Source: a virus (lineage: Duplodnaviria > Caudoviricetes). From it: a stretch of 25,700 bases of DNA. The DNA lies in the IMG/VR virus record IMGVR_UViG_3300020042_005716, positions 1 to 25,700 of that record. One strand, 5' to 3'. A program made the translations under genes and the position numbers. This document shows, one piece after another, positions 17,501 through 25,171 of this stretch. Numbering within the stretch: position 1 is the stretch's first letter; every line of letters begins with the position of its first letter. The notes under the pieces are model-generated. The model worked only from the letters and a program-made list of their open reading frames with translations. It ran no database searches and was not told the origin of the DNA.

Positions 17501-20500
17501 TCGTCAACGGAAAGCCCTTGCAACTCGTGAAGCTGCCGTTGCGGCCAAAGTTGCGGCAGGTTCAACAATCACCGAGGCTGAAGCCACCATACTTTCTACT
17601 GCTGCAATTAACAGAGAAATCGCTTCAAGGCAAGCCAAAATTGCTGCACTTGCTGCTGAGAATGTTCAGCTTCAAGCTAGTACTGGAACTAGTGCTAGGG
17701 CCATTGCAAGCACTCAGGCGCGTATTGTAGCTAATAACGCAGCAACAGCTTCTATACAACGCGAAATTGTTGCACTACAAGCAAGAAATGCCACTGCCGC
17801 CTCTGGAGTTGAAACCGTTGCGGTAGTAAACAAAAAATCTCAAATGGGCCTTGGCGGAATTCTTGGAAAACTTGGACTTGTAGCAATGGCTGCCTCACTT
17901 GTGCTTGGAGTTGTCGCAGGTATTTCAGAAGCAATCGAAGGCGCAAAAGTGGACCTTGAAGAATCTGGTGGTGGCTTAGCTTCATTCCGTGAAGCAATCT
18001 ACGCCGACACCCGCGCATGGAAAGATGGCGCAGATGCCGTCTCAACATACGACAGCAAAATAACCACAACAAAAGCAAGCGTTGCAGGTTGGGCTGCTGG
18101 CATGCAAGCAGCAACCGGTGGTCAAAAACAACTAGAATCCGCGACCGGTGAAACAACCACAGAAATTGACAAGCAAACACTTGCGCTTGGTCAAAACTCT
18201 GCAGCCTGGCTGGCTCAAGCAGCAATGTCCGACACCAATGTGCAAGACATGTTTAAGAAGTATTACAAAGTTGATGGCCCAGGCCTTGGAGACATGGCTG
18301 CCGCTGCTGGAACAAAAGTTTCAGACATCATCCTTGCAGCGCTAGAAAAACCAGGAACTGGCGCAACAGCATACATTAACAAAAACTTTAACATTTTTGC
18401 AGAAGGCCTCGTAGGCAAGGGTGCACAAGTTAAAGAGTCGTTGCTAAGAATTGCTAAGTCCCTCGACTCAACAACCGCTGCCGGTGTTGAAAACTCCAAA
18501 ATGGTTAAAGCACTCACCGAAGGCTTCTCAGCTTTTGGTGAAGAAGTTGATGGCGTTGGCGCACCAATAGACACAGTTGCTGAAAAGATCCGCACCCTCA
18601 CAGACTACACAGGCGACCTTTCTTCCCTGCTGTCTTCAGCGTTCACAATCCGTTTCGGCAAAACAGAAGCCGTTGACAAACTAACAACCGCTTGGGCTCA
18701 GCTCAGAAACAAAGTGAAGCAGGCTCGTGAAGAGATTGCAAACATTCAACGCGACATCACAGGCATGCAAGCTGACGCAAACATTCTGCAATACCAGTTA
18801 AACATTGCAATCAAGTACGGCGACACCAAACGTGCTGACAAGCTTCGTGCAGAAATTGCTGCCAAAGAGCAAGAGATGACAGCAAAAAACAGTGAACTTG
18901 CTAAGGCTCAAAGCGAAGCAAGCACCTCACTTGTTGGAAACTCTGAAGCAGCTATCGAAAACCGCAACACTTTGCGCGGCCTTATCACAGACTACAACAA
19001 CTACTTGGTTGCGCTCGCTAACACTGCAAAGTTTGAGAAAGACCCAGAGAAGAAGAAAAAGTATCTTCAAGATCAGGCCGCTAAGGCGAAGGCTGACCTT
19101 ATCACTTTGGCAACCGGCCTCGGGTTTAAAGAGAACGAATTAACAAGTTACATTGGTTCTTTTGACGACTTTGGAACAATACTTGACAAGCTTCCAAAGG
19201 AGCTGACTCTTAGAGTTATTGCTGACCCTGGTACTCGTGCCTTCATGGAATGGTGGGCACAAAACAAGGGTAACTTTAACCCTACTGGCGGTGCACCAAC
19301 CACTTCAGGTGCAGGCACCGACACCGGCAAAGGTGCAGACAAGGGTAAAAGCAAGGGCACTGGCGACGTAACAGGTGCAGGCACAACTAAAGATCTTGTC
19401 AAGCCACTAACAGCACTTGACAAAATCACTAACACCAAAAAGCTTTCAAAGTATCAAGCTGACGCAGTTACCGCTTCTTCAACAGACATGCTTGTTAGAA
19501 AGTCTGCTTTCGCTGTTAAAGCTTACGAAGATTCCGCTAAGGCTTTGTACAAGAAGTATCAAACCACAGACCCAGTTACTGCAAACAAAACCCTTGAAGG
19601 CGATAAGCTTGCAGCTTTCAACAAAGAGTATGCTGCATTCCAGAAGCTCAAAATCGAGGCTGGCCGTCGCGGAGCAACAACTTCTACCGGTGCACCAACT
19701 TACAAGGCGGCAACTGCTGCACAGATTGACAACACACAGGCAGCGAAAGAGGCTGTTGCTGATGCTTTATCAAAGCAGCCCGCTGCTGTGCAGGAAGCGG
19801 TTAACTGGTTAAAGACTGTTTCCCCAACTAACACCGACTTGTATGCTACAGAAAAGCAGGCTTGGGAAGCAACCAAGAAACCTTACGCTGATGCTAAAAA
19901 GGACTTTGGTCTTCCAGGCGACATGCCTTGGAGAGACATTGCTGCAAAGTACCCTGGCAGCACCTCTGCTTACTCTCAGAAGCAAAAAAAGAAGCTTCCT
20001 GTTCTAAAGACTTTGCAACCTTTCGCTGACCAGTTCAACAACGCTTGGAACAGCATGAAGGAAAACGTTAAGAGGGGTGCGCTTTACAGGCAGCTTCTTA
20101 AGAACCTTTACAACACCAAGCAACTTGACGACCTTGGTTTGACAAGCCTTGTAACTGGCGGTTACGGCATGCCGGACAGCGCTTGGACTCCTGACAAAGC
20201 TACCCGTTACGCTGTTGGTGGCCGCGTCACAGGCCCTGGTAGTGGCACGTCTGATTCTGTGCCTGCGATGCTTTCTAACGGCGAATACGTTATTCGCGCA
20301 AAGGCCGCAAGAGCTATCGGCACAGACAACTTGGACGCGATGAACAACGCTGACAGATTTGCTAAGGGTGGTATGGTTGGAAAACCTAAAACTCCTAAAA
20401 AGATTAAAGCGACAGCAGCAAAAAACGATTACAATAAATCTCAAGTTCTTTCATCTATGGCTTCTTATGAAAGGGTGCTAAAAGAATTCTTTAGTGTTGC

Positions 20501-21806
20501 TGGTGAAAAGTTTTCAATCAATGGTAAAAACCCGTTAAGAAACATTAAGTTTGATGAAACCGTAACCGAAGATATGGGCGCCTCCGCGTTTTTCCAAGAA
20601 GGCGAAGGTTTCACTTTTGGTAAAAATAGCTATGACAAGATTAGTGATGGAATTGATCAAGACTCTGGTGACTGGCTTTCTGTCGACGAATTGGTCTCTC
20701 ACGAAATTTCGCACTGGTTTGGTCCGACACTTGGTAAGTTTGGCAATTACTACAAAAAACCTGCTTGGTGGCCAAAAAACAAGACTAGGTCAGACATACT
20801 TGAAGAAATTAAAAGAAAAAAGCAGTCCTTACGTGGCATGAGCCCTGACAGGGCCGAAAGATTTAATAGCAAAGAAATAGTCCCACTTCAAAAGCTTGTC
20901 GCCAAGATGGGTGCCGAAGAAGAAGCTAGAAAATTAAAAGAACAGGCGTTAAATCAAACTCCTTACGCAACTGATGTTGACACTTGGGAAGAGTTTAGGG
21001 CTGATGCGCTTGCGGGGGCTTTGCAAAGACTTGCTGGGAAAAAGCGAAGTGTAAATCAAGAAAACTTCTTTAGCACAAATGGTTCGATCTGGAACATGGC
21101 AAACTCCGGTCTTGATGAGCTTCACAGTAACAGTAGAACTCAAAGCATGTTAATGGACATGGGATATGCCCACCCTATTGAGCTACTTAAGCTGTTAAAC
21201 ATAAAAATTCCAAAACAATTCCTTGGAAAAGATTGGAGTAAAGAATTTGAGGGAAGTGGAATTCCTAAGTTTAACCTTGGAAACGCTAGCGGTTATGACG
21301 ACCTTGGAACTTGGAAACTATTCAAGCCATTTAAGTCTGGCAATGACTGGATTCAGCCAGGGCCTGACATGTTTAATAGTGTTGATCTTGATTTGGAAAA
21401 ATTCCGTCAATGGCGAGACGCTGGACACACAAAGCTAAGAGATCCACTTACATACAAAGACACTTTTGCAATGGGTGGCTTAGTGACTGGCCCAGGTACT
21501 GGCACAAGCGACAGCATCGATGCCCGCCTATCAAACGGTGAGTTTGTTATGAGCGCAGCAGCTGTGCGAGGATACGGTCCAGCATTCATGAACGCCCTAA
21601 ACCAGCAGCAACTTGCCCCACGCTACGCAATGCAAACAGCAGCCCCACAGGTTAACAGCGCACAAGTTGTTTACCTCTCACCAGAAGACCGCAACCTGCT
21701 TCGTGCAGCAATCGACCGACCAGTTAACCTGTATACTGATAATGCACGAATTGCGCAATCAGCCAACGCAGGCAACGTGGTATTAGCACAGCGAGGAAGA
21801 AACTAA
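11592..21806 (+). CDS. Tape measure protein, 3404 aa, with embedded DEDDh exonuclease-like and HExxH metallopeptidase-like domains
   Basis: Follows the frameshifted chaperone. N-terminal IRISADTS, TP901-type core at about aa 1490-1800, hydrophobic segments, coiled coils, and GIQSPS and GPGSGTSDS..A.LSNGE motifs. Confidence 0.95.
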   Translation: MAEDFNIRISADTSDARSELAKFKKVAIDAAKSTRQAMSQIIDISDSFSTTNSVGELKKLTSQIVKLKKAAGDKGIVTLDSNTSLAKVVENALKPSKAKGSNASEIKRLQKQLSKVVSAPSENITQVTSLLESMRGAVSLLSRPNKQAAKEATQLRRELDNLRKEFTALSRSVNAGTATPQDRARKTQLESFIPKTQARLASAVAASKPSGEMKRMLETAQRGVIEGTQNLQGLLENLVDFAETLDQTTTGAISGAGQDLLSGNAVRSLAKNLQAATGSNANRAEIVRAVTSQVVSQLSVRPSRMSKPLSRSEQAKLQGKSSIFQYEKFGASAFTERDQTSSSGVMHNIVAAALQAMYPDRAKRGQGLAVTFKGMKDEIAKLGKDSNDNKSEETGFLSEIESLTEAVVNGLEEMIKKDEGEEAAAYKGRTRKLSAAQASVKEAFSSMQTVEGNPDEQANTKELEAYVRGLLKDLSFGARGGKGGKRIGGSFVPTQWDKLEKTGGYIEGGYRAKDMNMGFFPVEEATAMQDGFQYATVTAQEFADAMLIAVEVFSELQKVVPNPGQLVPYAGNKALSTTTPVPKLTQEQIAAWLKDNPQGFKPGVKLGASEAVFGKNTIGTTVSAMIDAVNKKFMEPTGNVSEINSVVDLFEKLSPSMQNLIGVIEDLAIVEGKITASFARSPGQDETMGLNLSGPHMNTLEQLFSSLNFNPAATINGNKYQGGNYPGLGLSTSAINVPILKIGEQLKKDFAAIYGGDMMTSGGKKTTVDPRTFRPSTAENAVEMKAIDAFIENRRAFIDYIVKAGNRLVIDDITMGLPNVDKALDSGSYTRFGGPGATEQSYGDIASRERLYARDPITTRARANKIFGGAKAADAGVNTVDGIRQGLKDGSSSLEIESRALAEALLNAFEKEMGIQSPSKEMYIRGQYTVEGLVNAIKDGKVKLTKAGKELADSFHTGYSQEEKLNAIARIQDLEKQGLGKPAGALRASMSSAPVRDAASSATDIAMRNKEAARLIDALAGVEGALIAFDDEKTASSGMFGVSMVGGTGRGDTTGIYHNMVVPPNFRANASEAGVLGLEGDPTAALKKRVKGLGYGPQNINDPSAQRKMAEDLAYLIQRALDKNIPIAMHNIGYSDWNDLIKLMEKFQIDGAPARDAANRGLLIETQGTARMAAVPGGKKLEELYTTLFGKGFSASLRPGMGNVPTISDKNAVAHDPTIDASATLEIAFELKKILGEMGFQGKGIDGRIIKAIEGGWQSISELVLGARTHGGAGFATGSNQFRTKALSYKGLDGGLVPGTGTKVNAQAAMRDAQNSAKSAVVAAGKIDRLTREERNVQIQQRLDIIEELKLRLKALLSGTSGVADPSKIKAIQSLQSKINSEMADPTISKEWQRRMATSGGIGGGSGAGSSINSSSANQGFEAEAKRRSVASKKIQGQMKDEMSIMGEVERYNRKMMDSWISGRYALYDMANTYQQFTRAGMKVATFLKQAIMLNAQYETSFTGVERVMQPLSDEIAGMRNEIVKLSTELPVAFDELSRISTLAGQMGLTAERITEFTREVSQFGTVTGIATDEVAAKFGSIAQLTHTATNPEGFKQLGSAVAYAGISAVATDQEILTLTESIASATTQAGFSADQTIGLATAISSLRIAPEQARGVITRLFGDINRAVEGGGQPLQAYAKHLGLTAEQAKELFKADPQAFFTKMLENVKNSQNSTMALDALNIKETREVNTIQKLSENMDVYNSSMADAAEAYKNGTFLSEAYGKSQDNVATKITLLQNQFKTLQDSIGEALGPGVGVALELINGLVEGLTKITKNPVGAWAVNGLTAIAGMLATMVAFTMVSQKATASMLAFRTAGVALAKMGGGESGLKGFLKQLTGQEVLIVRSNGRIEALNRKRLELAKKNGEINVADPGSAVERTLLNGADPRRGELESTGDMIAQKNAMRQATLDETNQDRISTTVIDKNTTSRQRKALATREAAVAAKVAAGSTITEAEATILSTAAINREIASRQAKIAALAAENVQLQASTGTSARAIASTQARIVANNAATASIQREIVALQARNATAASGVETVAVVNKKSQMGLGGILGKLGLVAMAASLVLGVVAGISEAIEGAKVDLEESGGGLASFREAIYADTRAWKDGADAVSTYDSKITTTKASVAGWAAGMQAATGGQKQLESATGETTTEIDKQTLALGQNSAAWLAQAAMSDTNVQDMFKKYYKVDGPGLGDMAAAAGTKVSDIILAALEKPGTGATAYINKNFNIFAEGLVGKGAQVKESLLRIAKSLDSTTAAGVENSKMVKALTEGFSAFGEEVDGVGAPIDTVAEKIRTLTDYTGDLSSLLSSAFTIRFGKTEAVDKLTTAWAQLRNKVKQAREEIANIQRDITGMQADANILQYQLNIAIKYGDTKRADKLRAEIAAKEQEMTAKNSELAKAQSEASTSLVGNSEAAIENRNTLRGLITDYNNYLVALANTAKFEKDPEKKKKYLQDQAAKAKADLITLATGLGFKENELTSYIGSFDDFGTILDKLPKELTLRVIADPGTRAFMEWWAQNKGNFNPTGGAPTTSGAGTDTGKGADKGKSKGTGDVTGAGTTKDLVKPLTALDKITNTKKLSKYQADAVTASSTDMLVRKSAFAVKAYEDSAKALYKKYQTTDPVTANKTLEGDKLAAFNKEYAAFQKLKIEAGRRGATTSTGAPTYKAATAAQIDNTQAAKEAVADALSKQPAAVQEAVNWLKTVSPTNTDLYATEKQAWEATKKPYADAKKDFGLPGDMPWRDIAAKYPGSTSAYSQKQKKKLPVLKTLQPFADQFNNAWNSMKENVKRGALYRQLLKNLYNTKQLDDLGLTSLVTGGYGMPDSAWTPDKATRYAVGGRVTGPGSGTSDSVPAMLSNGEYVIRAKAARAIGTDNLDAMNNADRFAKGGMVGKPKTPKKIKATAAKNDYNKSQVLSSMASYERVLKEFFSVAGEKFSINGKNPLRNIKFDETVTEDMGASAFFQEGEGFTFGKNSYDKISDGIDQDSGDWLSVDELVSHEISHWFGPTLGKFGNYYKKPAWWPKNKTRSDILEEIKRKKQSLRGMSPDRAERFNSKEIVPLQKLVAKMGAEEEARKLKEQALNQTPYATDVDTWEEFRADALAGALQRLAGKKRSVNQENFFSTNGSIWNMANSGLDELHSNSRTQSMLMDMGYAHPIELLKLLNIKIPKQFLGKDWSKEFEGSGIPKFNLGNASGYDDLGTWKLFKPFKSGNDWIQPGPDMFNSVDLDLEKFRQWRDAGHTKLRDPLTYKDTFAMGGLVTGPGTGTSDSIDARLSNGEFVMSAAAVRGYGPAFMNALNQQQLAPRYAMQTAAPQVNSAQVVYLSPEDRNLLRAAIDRPVNLYTDNARIAQSANAGNVVLAQRGRN
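20208..20378 (+). repeat. TMP motif copy 1 (YAVGGRVTGPGSGTSDSVPAMLSNGEYV...)
   Basis: Amino-acid-level repeat of the segment at 21465-21605. Confidence 0.85.
21465..21605 (+). repeat. TMP motif copy 2 (FAMGGLVTGPGTGTSDSIDARLSNGEFV...)
   Basis: Amino-acid-level repeat of the segment at 20208-20378, diverged at the nucleotide level. Confidence 0.85.
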
Positions 21807-22693
21807 TGGCCGGCAAAGTATATTTTGGTAACGACGACAAACAAACATGGATCCTTGCACCAAAGGGTGAAATGTCGACAACTTCTACAAGCAAAACAAC
21901 AGTGACTGACTTGTTGAGTGGTCGCCGCCACGTTAAGCGTTCACATGGTGCTTCGCGTTCGTTCCCAATGTCTTGGTTGGGTTCGATGAACTCTTCAGAC
22001 ATGACAGAAAGCCTAAACACTGTTAAAGATTTTGCTGACGGACTTTACGGCACATCAAAACTTTACTGGCTGGACCCGTTTGCAATGTCAAGCAACTTGA
22101 TGCCACCACACTGGGCCGCCCCAATGTTGGGTGAAACTGACTGGCCTAAACTGGCTGGCAACATCACCCCAACTTTTACTGCTGCCACTTACGCAAACTC
22201 TTACCCAGCAAAATATGCAAGCTACCCGTTGACTGGAAGTTACGTCGGTGACCGCAAAATCACAATCATAATCCCATCCGGCTACACCCTAAACCTTGGT
22301 TGGCATGCAGCAACTTCTGGCGTTTCTGCCTCATCCGCTGCTGGTGTGCGCATTAAACGCTACAACCGCTCAACTGGCGCAACCACTGACGTTAACCCCA
22401 CAAGCCTTCTAGCTGGCGGCACAACCAGAACCAACACCACAGTTGACGGAACCACCTACAGTAAAGTTGAAATTTACTTAGCTAACGGCTCAGCGTCAGC
22501 CTCAACCGCCACAGTTGTTGCCTTAATTGCCCAGGTGCTACTGAACGGAGCATCTGTTGCCACAGGCGGTTTTGTTACGGGCCGCGGAACCACAGCGTTA
22601 GAATTCTCCGATTCTGTAGAAATCCAATACTACACCTCTGCTCTGATGGATGGAATGATTGGGTTATCAACTACCCTGATGGAAGTTGACTAA
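21806..22693 (+). CDS. Minor tail protein (distal tail protein position)
   Basis: First gene after TMP with a TAATG overlap. 295 aa, beta-rich, with YWLDPFA and NLMPPHWAAP motifs and an EVD ending. Confidence 0.7.
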   Translation: MAGKVYFGNDDKQTWILAPKGEMSTTSTSKTTVTDLLSGRRHVKRSHGASRSFPMSWLGSMNSSDMTESLNTVKDFADGLYGTSKLYWLDPFAMSSNLMPPHWAAPMLGETDWPKLAGNITPTFTAATYANSYPAKYASYPLTGSYVGDRKITIIIPSGYTLNLGWHAATSGVSASSAAGVRIKRYNRSTGATTDVNPTSLLAGGTTRTNTTVDGTTYSKVEIYLANGSASASTATVVALIAQVLLNGASVATGGFVTGRGTTALEFSDSVEIQYYTSALMDGMIGLSTTLMEVD

Positions 22694-24528
22694 TGACTAC
22701 CACCGTAACCAACACAGGCACTGGTAAAATAATTGCCGATTCGCTGATCTCATTTTCGTACAGCGAAGACGCCACACCTATCGAGCCCTTGTCAAGCGAC
22801 GGCGGTTCTAGCCAAATAAGTTTCAGCGCGGTTGAAGACGCCACCAGCACCGACAGTGTGCTAAAAACAAACAGCCGCCTAATGATCAACAACGACATTT
22901 TAATTGAAGACAGCGACTTTGGTTCAGTTTACCTTAAAGTAAAAAAGTTGGACATAAACTCTGGCGGTGTCGTCAGTGTCACAGGTGACTCGCTCATGGT
23001 CAAACTTAACGTCGACAAAACAGCAGAAGCTTTCACAGGCACACTCAAAGACGCAATCATCTACTACTGCGGCCTGTGCAACATTACCCCAACAGTTGAC
23101 GTAAGCCTGGCAAGCATCAACGTAAACTTTATGGCCTGGAAGGGCAACGTTTGGGAAAACCTCAAACTTTTAACCAGCTCCATTTCCGCCAGCACAACCA
23201 ACAGGGTTCCGATTGAAATATATTTCACAGGCACAGCTGTCGGTTTCAGACCAATGCCTGGCACAGCTTTTGCTTTAAAAGAAACACTTTCCGACATCAA
23301 CCAAAGCATCGACTATTTTGATTCAGCCAAGAAGATTGAAGTTTACAACTACAACACTTCTTACGTTCAAAACGGAATAATTTACGATATCGCAAACTAT
23401 GCTGAAGACATTGAAGAAGGCAAAGCTTTTCTAGCAACATTTTCTGATTCGATGTCTGTTGAGGCTGGGGAGAAAGCAACAAAAGTTTTTACAGTAGACA
23501 CTTCACTAATCTCTATTGTGCAGCCTGTTTGTGTTGAAACAATTGACCCTTACCCTTACAACCCATCGGCGGCTATAACAAGCCTAACAGCTAGTTATTA
23601 CCAGTTTGTTTCGGGTTCACAATACTCTTACCTTTACATCACAACAGCTGACGCAGACATTTTTGTTAATGGTGAAACTGTAAGAATTGCTGGAACTTAT
23701 CTTGGCGTTTTTACGGCTTACAACGACCTGCTTGCAACTGTAACAAAAGTTAGCAGCAACTACTACATGTTACTGGTTACACCGGTAAGCCCAACCAGTC
23801 AAACAATCACTGGCACAAGCGACACAGCAACCAGGGTAAGAACAGGCCAGTATGTCATTGTTGGCAATGACGAACTCCCTGTGCAACCAGCTGAGTGGGT
23901 GGCACAAGGCGGCTCTTTAACCTTTAAGAAAACGGAGAACGTTAATGAAATTGAGGTCACAGTTCAAGGCCCAACTTATGATGGTATTCCGGTTGCAGCT
24001 GATGGTAGCAAAAAAACTTTTGGCCCTTACAAGATCGGTGTGGAAACTTCTGGTGACGGTGTAGAATATCCAGCAATTTTCTTGGTCGGCACAGGTGTCA
24101 GATACAATAAGAAGAAGGTTCTTTTTGCAACTGGCGCAGACTCTCTGGTTACCGAGAAAGAGGATGCCAAACAAATTGACAACATGTTTGTCACAAACAG
24201 TTTCACTGCAGCAAACGCCGGCCTGGCCGCTGCGCAAGCAAGTTGCGGACCAAACGTTACAATGAGCGGCAGCTCCGCCCCAGTCGGTTTTGTGTTTGGT
24301 AGCACAATTAACAAAACTTTTGTTGACAACAGCGTGAGGATGCGTTTGTCTTCGCTTGGTTTTTCCGACGGCACAATTTCTTGGAGCGCCCAAAAGTTTA
24401 CCACCTTCGACGACTTTGATACAATTAATTCAGGCAAAACTTTTTCAAACTTTAACACAACAACTGGTGGCACTAGCCCGTTGTTGTTTAACGAGTTTTC
24501 TGTCATTCCACTAATTAAGGGGACGTAA
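22693..24528 (+). CDS. Minor tail protein (baseplate hub / Tal position)
   Basis: Second gene after TMP. 611 aa, beta-rich, with SYSEDATPIEP and WKGNVWENLK motifs and C-terminal TF.DF repeats. Confidence 0.7.
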   Translation: MTTTVTNTGTGKIIADSLISFSYSEDATPIEPLSSDGGSSQISFSAVEDATSTDSVLKTNSRLMINNDILIEDSDFGSVYLKVKKLDINSGGVVSVTGDSLMVKLNVDKTAEAFTGTLKDAIIYYCGLCNITPTVDVSLASINVNFMAWKGNVWENLKLLTSSISASTTNRVPIEIYFTGTAVGFRPMPGTAFALKETLSDINQSIDYFDSAKKIEVYNYNTSYVQNGIIYDIANYAEDIEEGKAFLATFSDSMSVEAGEKATKVFTVDTSLISIVQPVCVETIDPYPYNPSAAITSLTASYYQFVSGSQYSYLYITTADADIFVNGETVRIAGTYLGVFTAYNDLLATVTKVSSNYYMLLVTPVSPTSQTITGTSDTATRVRTGQYVIVGNDELPVQPAEWVAQGGSLTFKKTENVNEIEVTVQGPTYDGIPVAADGSKKTFGPYKIGVETSGDGVEYPAIFLVGTGVRYNKKKVLFATGADSLVTEKEDAKQIDNMFVTNSFTAANAGLAAAQASCGPNVTMSGSSAPVGFVFGSTINKTFVDNSVRMRLSSLGFSDGTISWSAQKFTTFDDFDTINSGKTFSNFNTTTGGTSPLLFNEFSVIPLIKGT

Positions 24529-25157
24529 TGGGCAAAATTGTAAGTAACCTGCCAAATGATTCTCAGCCTTGGGGCCGCGACATTGAAGCCAGGATTGAAC
24601 AACTTGAGGCACTTGTTGCGTCAAACGAGATAAACAACGCAGCTAGAGATCAGCGCCTGGAAACAAATCTTTCAAAAGTTTCTGAGTTGCTGGCTAACAC
24701 TGCGGCTTTGAGAACTTATCAAGCGCAAAATCAAAGTTTTGGAACATACGCTTTTACAAGCTCAGACACTGAAATCATTAACACCACTGACTTAGTTGTA
24801 AATTTTTCGATAGACAAAGAAAGATTTGTATTCTTTGAATATGCAACAGATTTTGCAACTGTTGTCACCTATACATCATCTGGAGACCTGACAGTTCAAT
24901 CAGTTATTTTTTCAGAAATACTTCTTAATGGCAACCTTATTTCTCTTTCCACTCAAAATTCTATAGAACAATTTTCAGCTGCAAATCCATATCAATCAAA
25001 GACGTCTTCGGGCACACATAGGAACATTGAAAAAATAAGATTACAAGCTGGAGACTATCAAGTAACTGTTAAATTAACAGCAGTTAATGAGAGTAGTTCA
25101 TCAACTGCAACAATGACCTTTGGCGGCGACGTGCTATCCGTAAGTATTATTGAGTAA
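24528..25157 (+). CDS. Minor tail protein with N-terminal coiled coil and C-terminal beta-sandwich
   Basis: NLPNDSQPWGR motif, then a heptad segment and a beta-rich domain (L.AG.Y.V.V). TAATG overlap. Confidence 0.7.
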   Translation: MGKIVSNLPNDSQPWGRDIEARIEQLEALVASNEINNAARDQRLETNLSKVSELLANTAALRTYQAQNQSFGTYAFTSSDTEIINTTDLVVNFSIDKERFVFFEYATDFATVVTYTSSGDLTVQSVIFSEILLNGNLISLSTQNSIEQFSAANPYQSKTSSGTHRNIEKIRLQAGDYQVTVKLTAVNESSSSTATMTFGGDVLSVSIIE

Positions 25158-25159
25158 GG

Positions 25160-25165
25160 TATAAT
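25160..25165 (+). promoter_or_regulatory. Leaderless-type promoter -10 (ggTATAAT)
   Basis: TATAAT ends 6 nt before ATG 25172. Confidence 0.5.
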
Positions 25166-25171
25166 TAGATA

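Noticed and set aside
20208-21605. Repeat pair as a DGR template/variable repeat, or an intein or intron boundary
   Set aside because: The copies differ at all base types, not just adenines, and no reverse transcriptase is present in the window. No intein terminal motifs were seen and the frame is continuous.
525-24602. Numerous minus-strand and alternate-frame ORFs in the ORF track (e.g. 525-1268, 2007-2735, 24027-24602)
   Set aside because: They are shadows of well-supported + strand genes, with no RBS or recognisable motifs. Codon bias explains the lack of stops.
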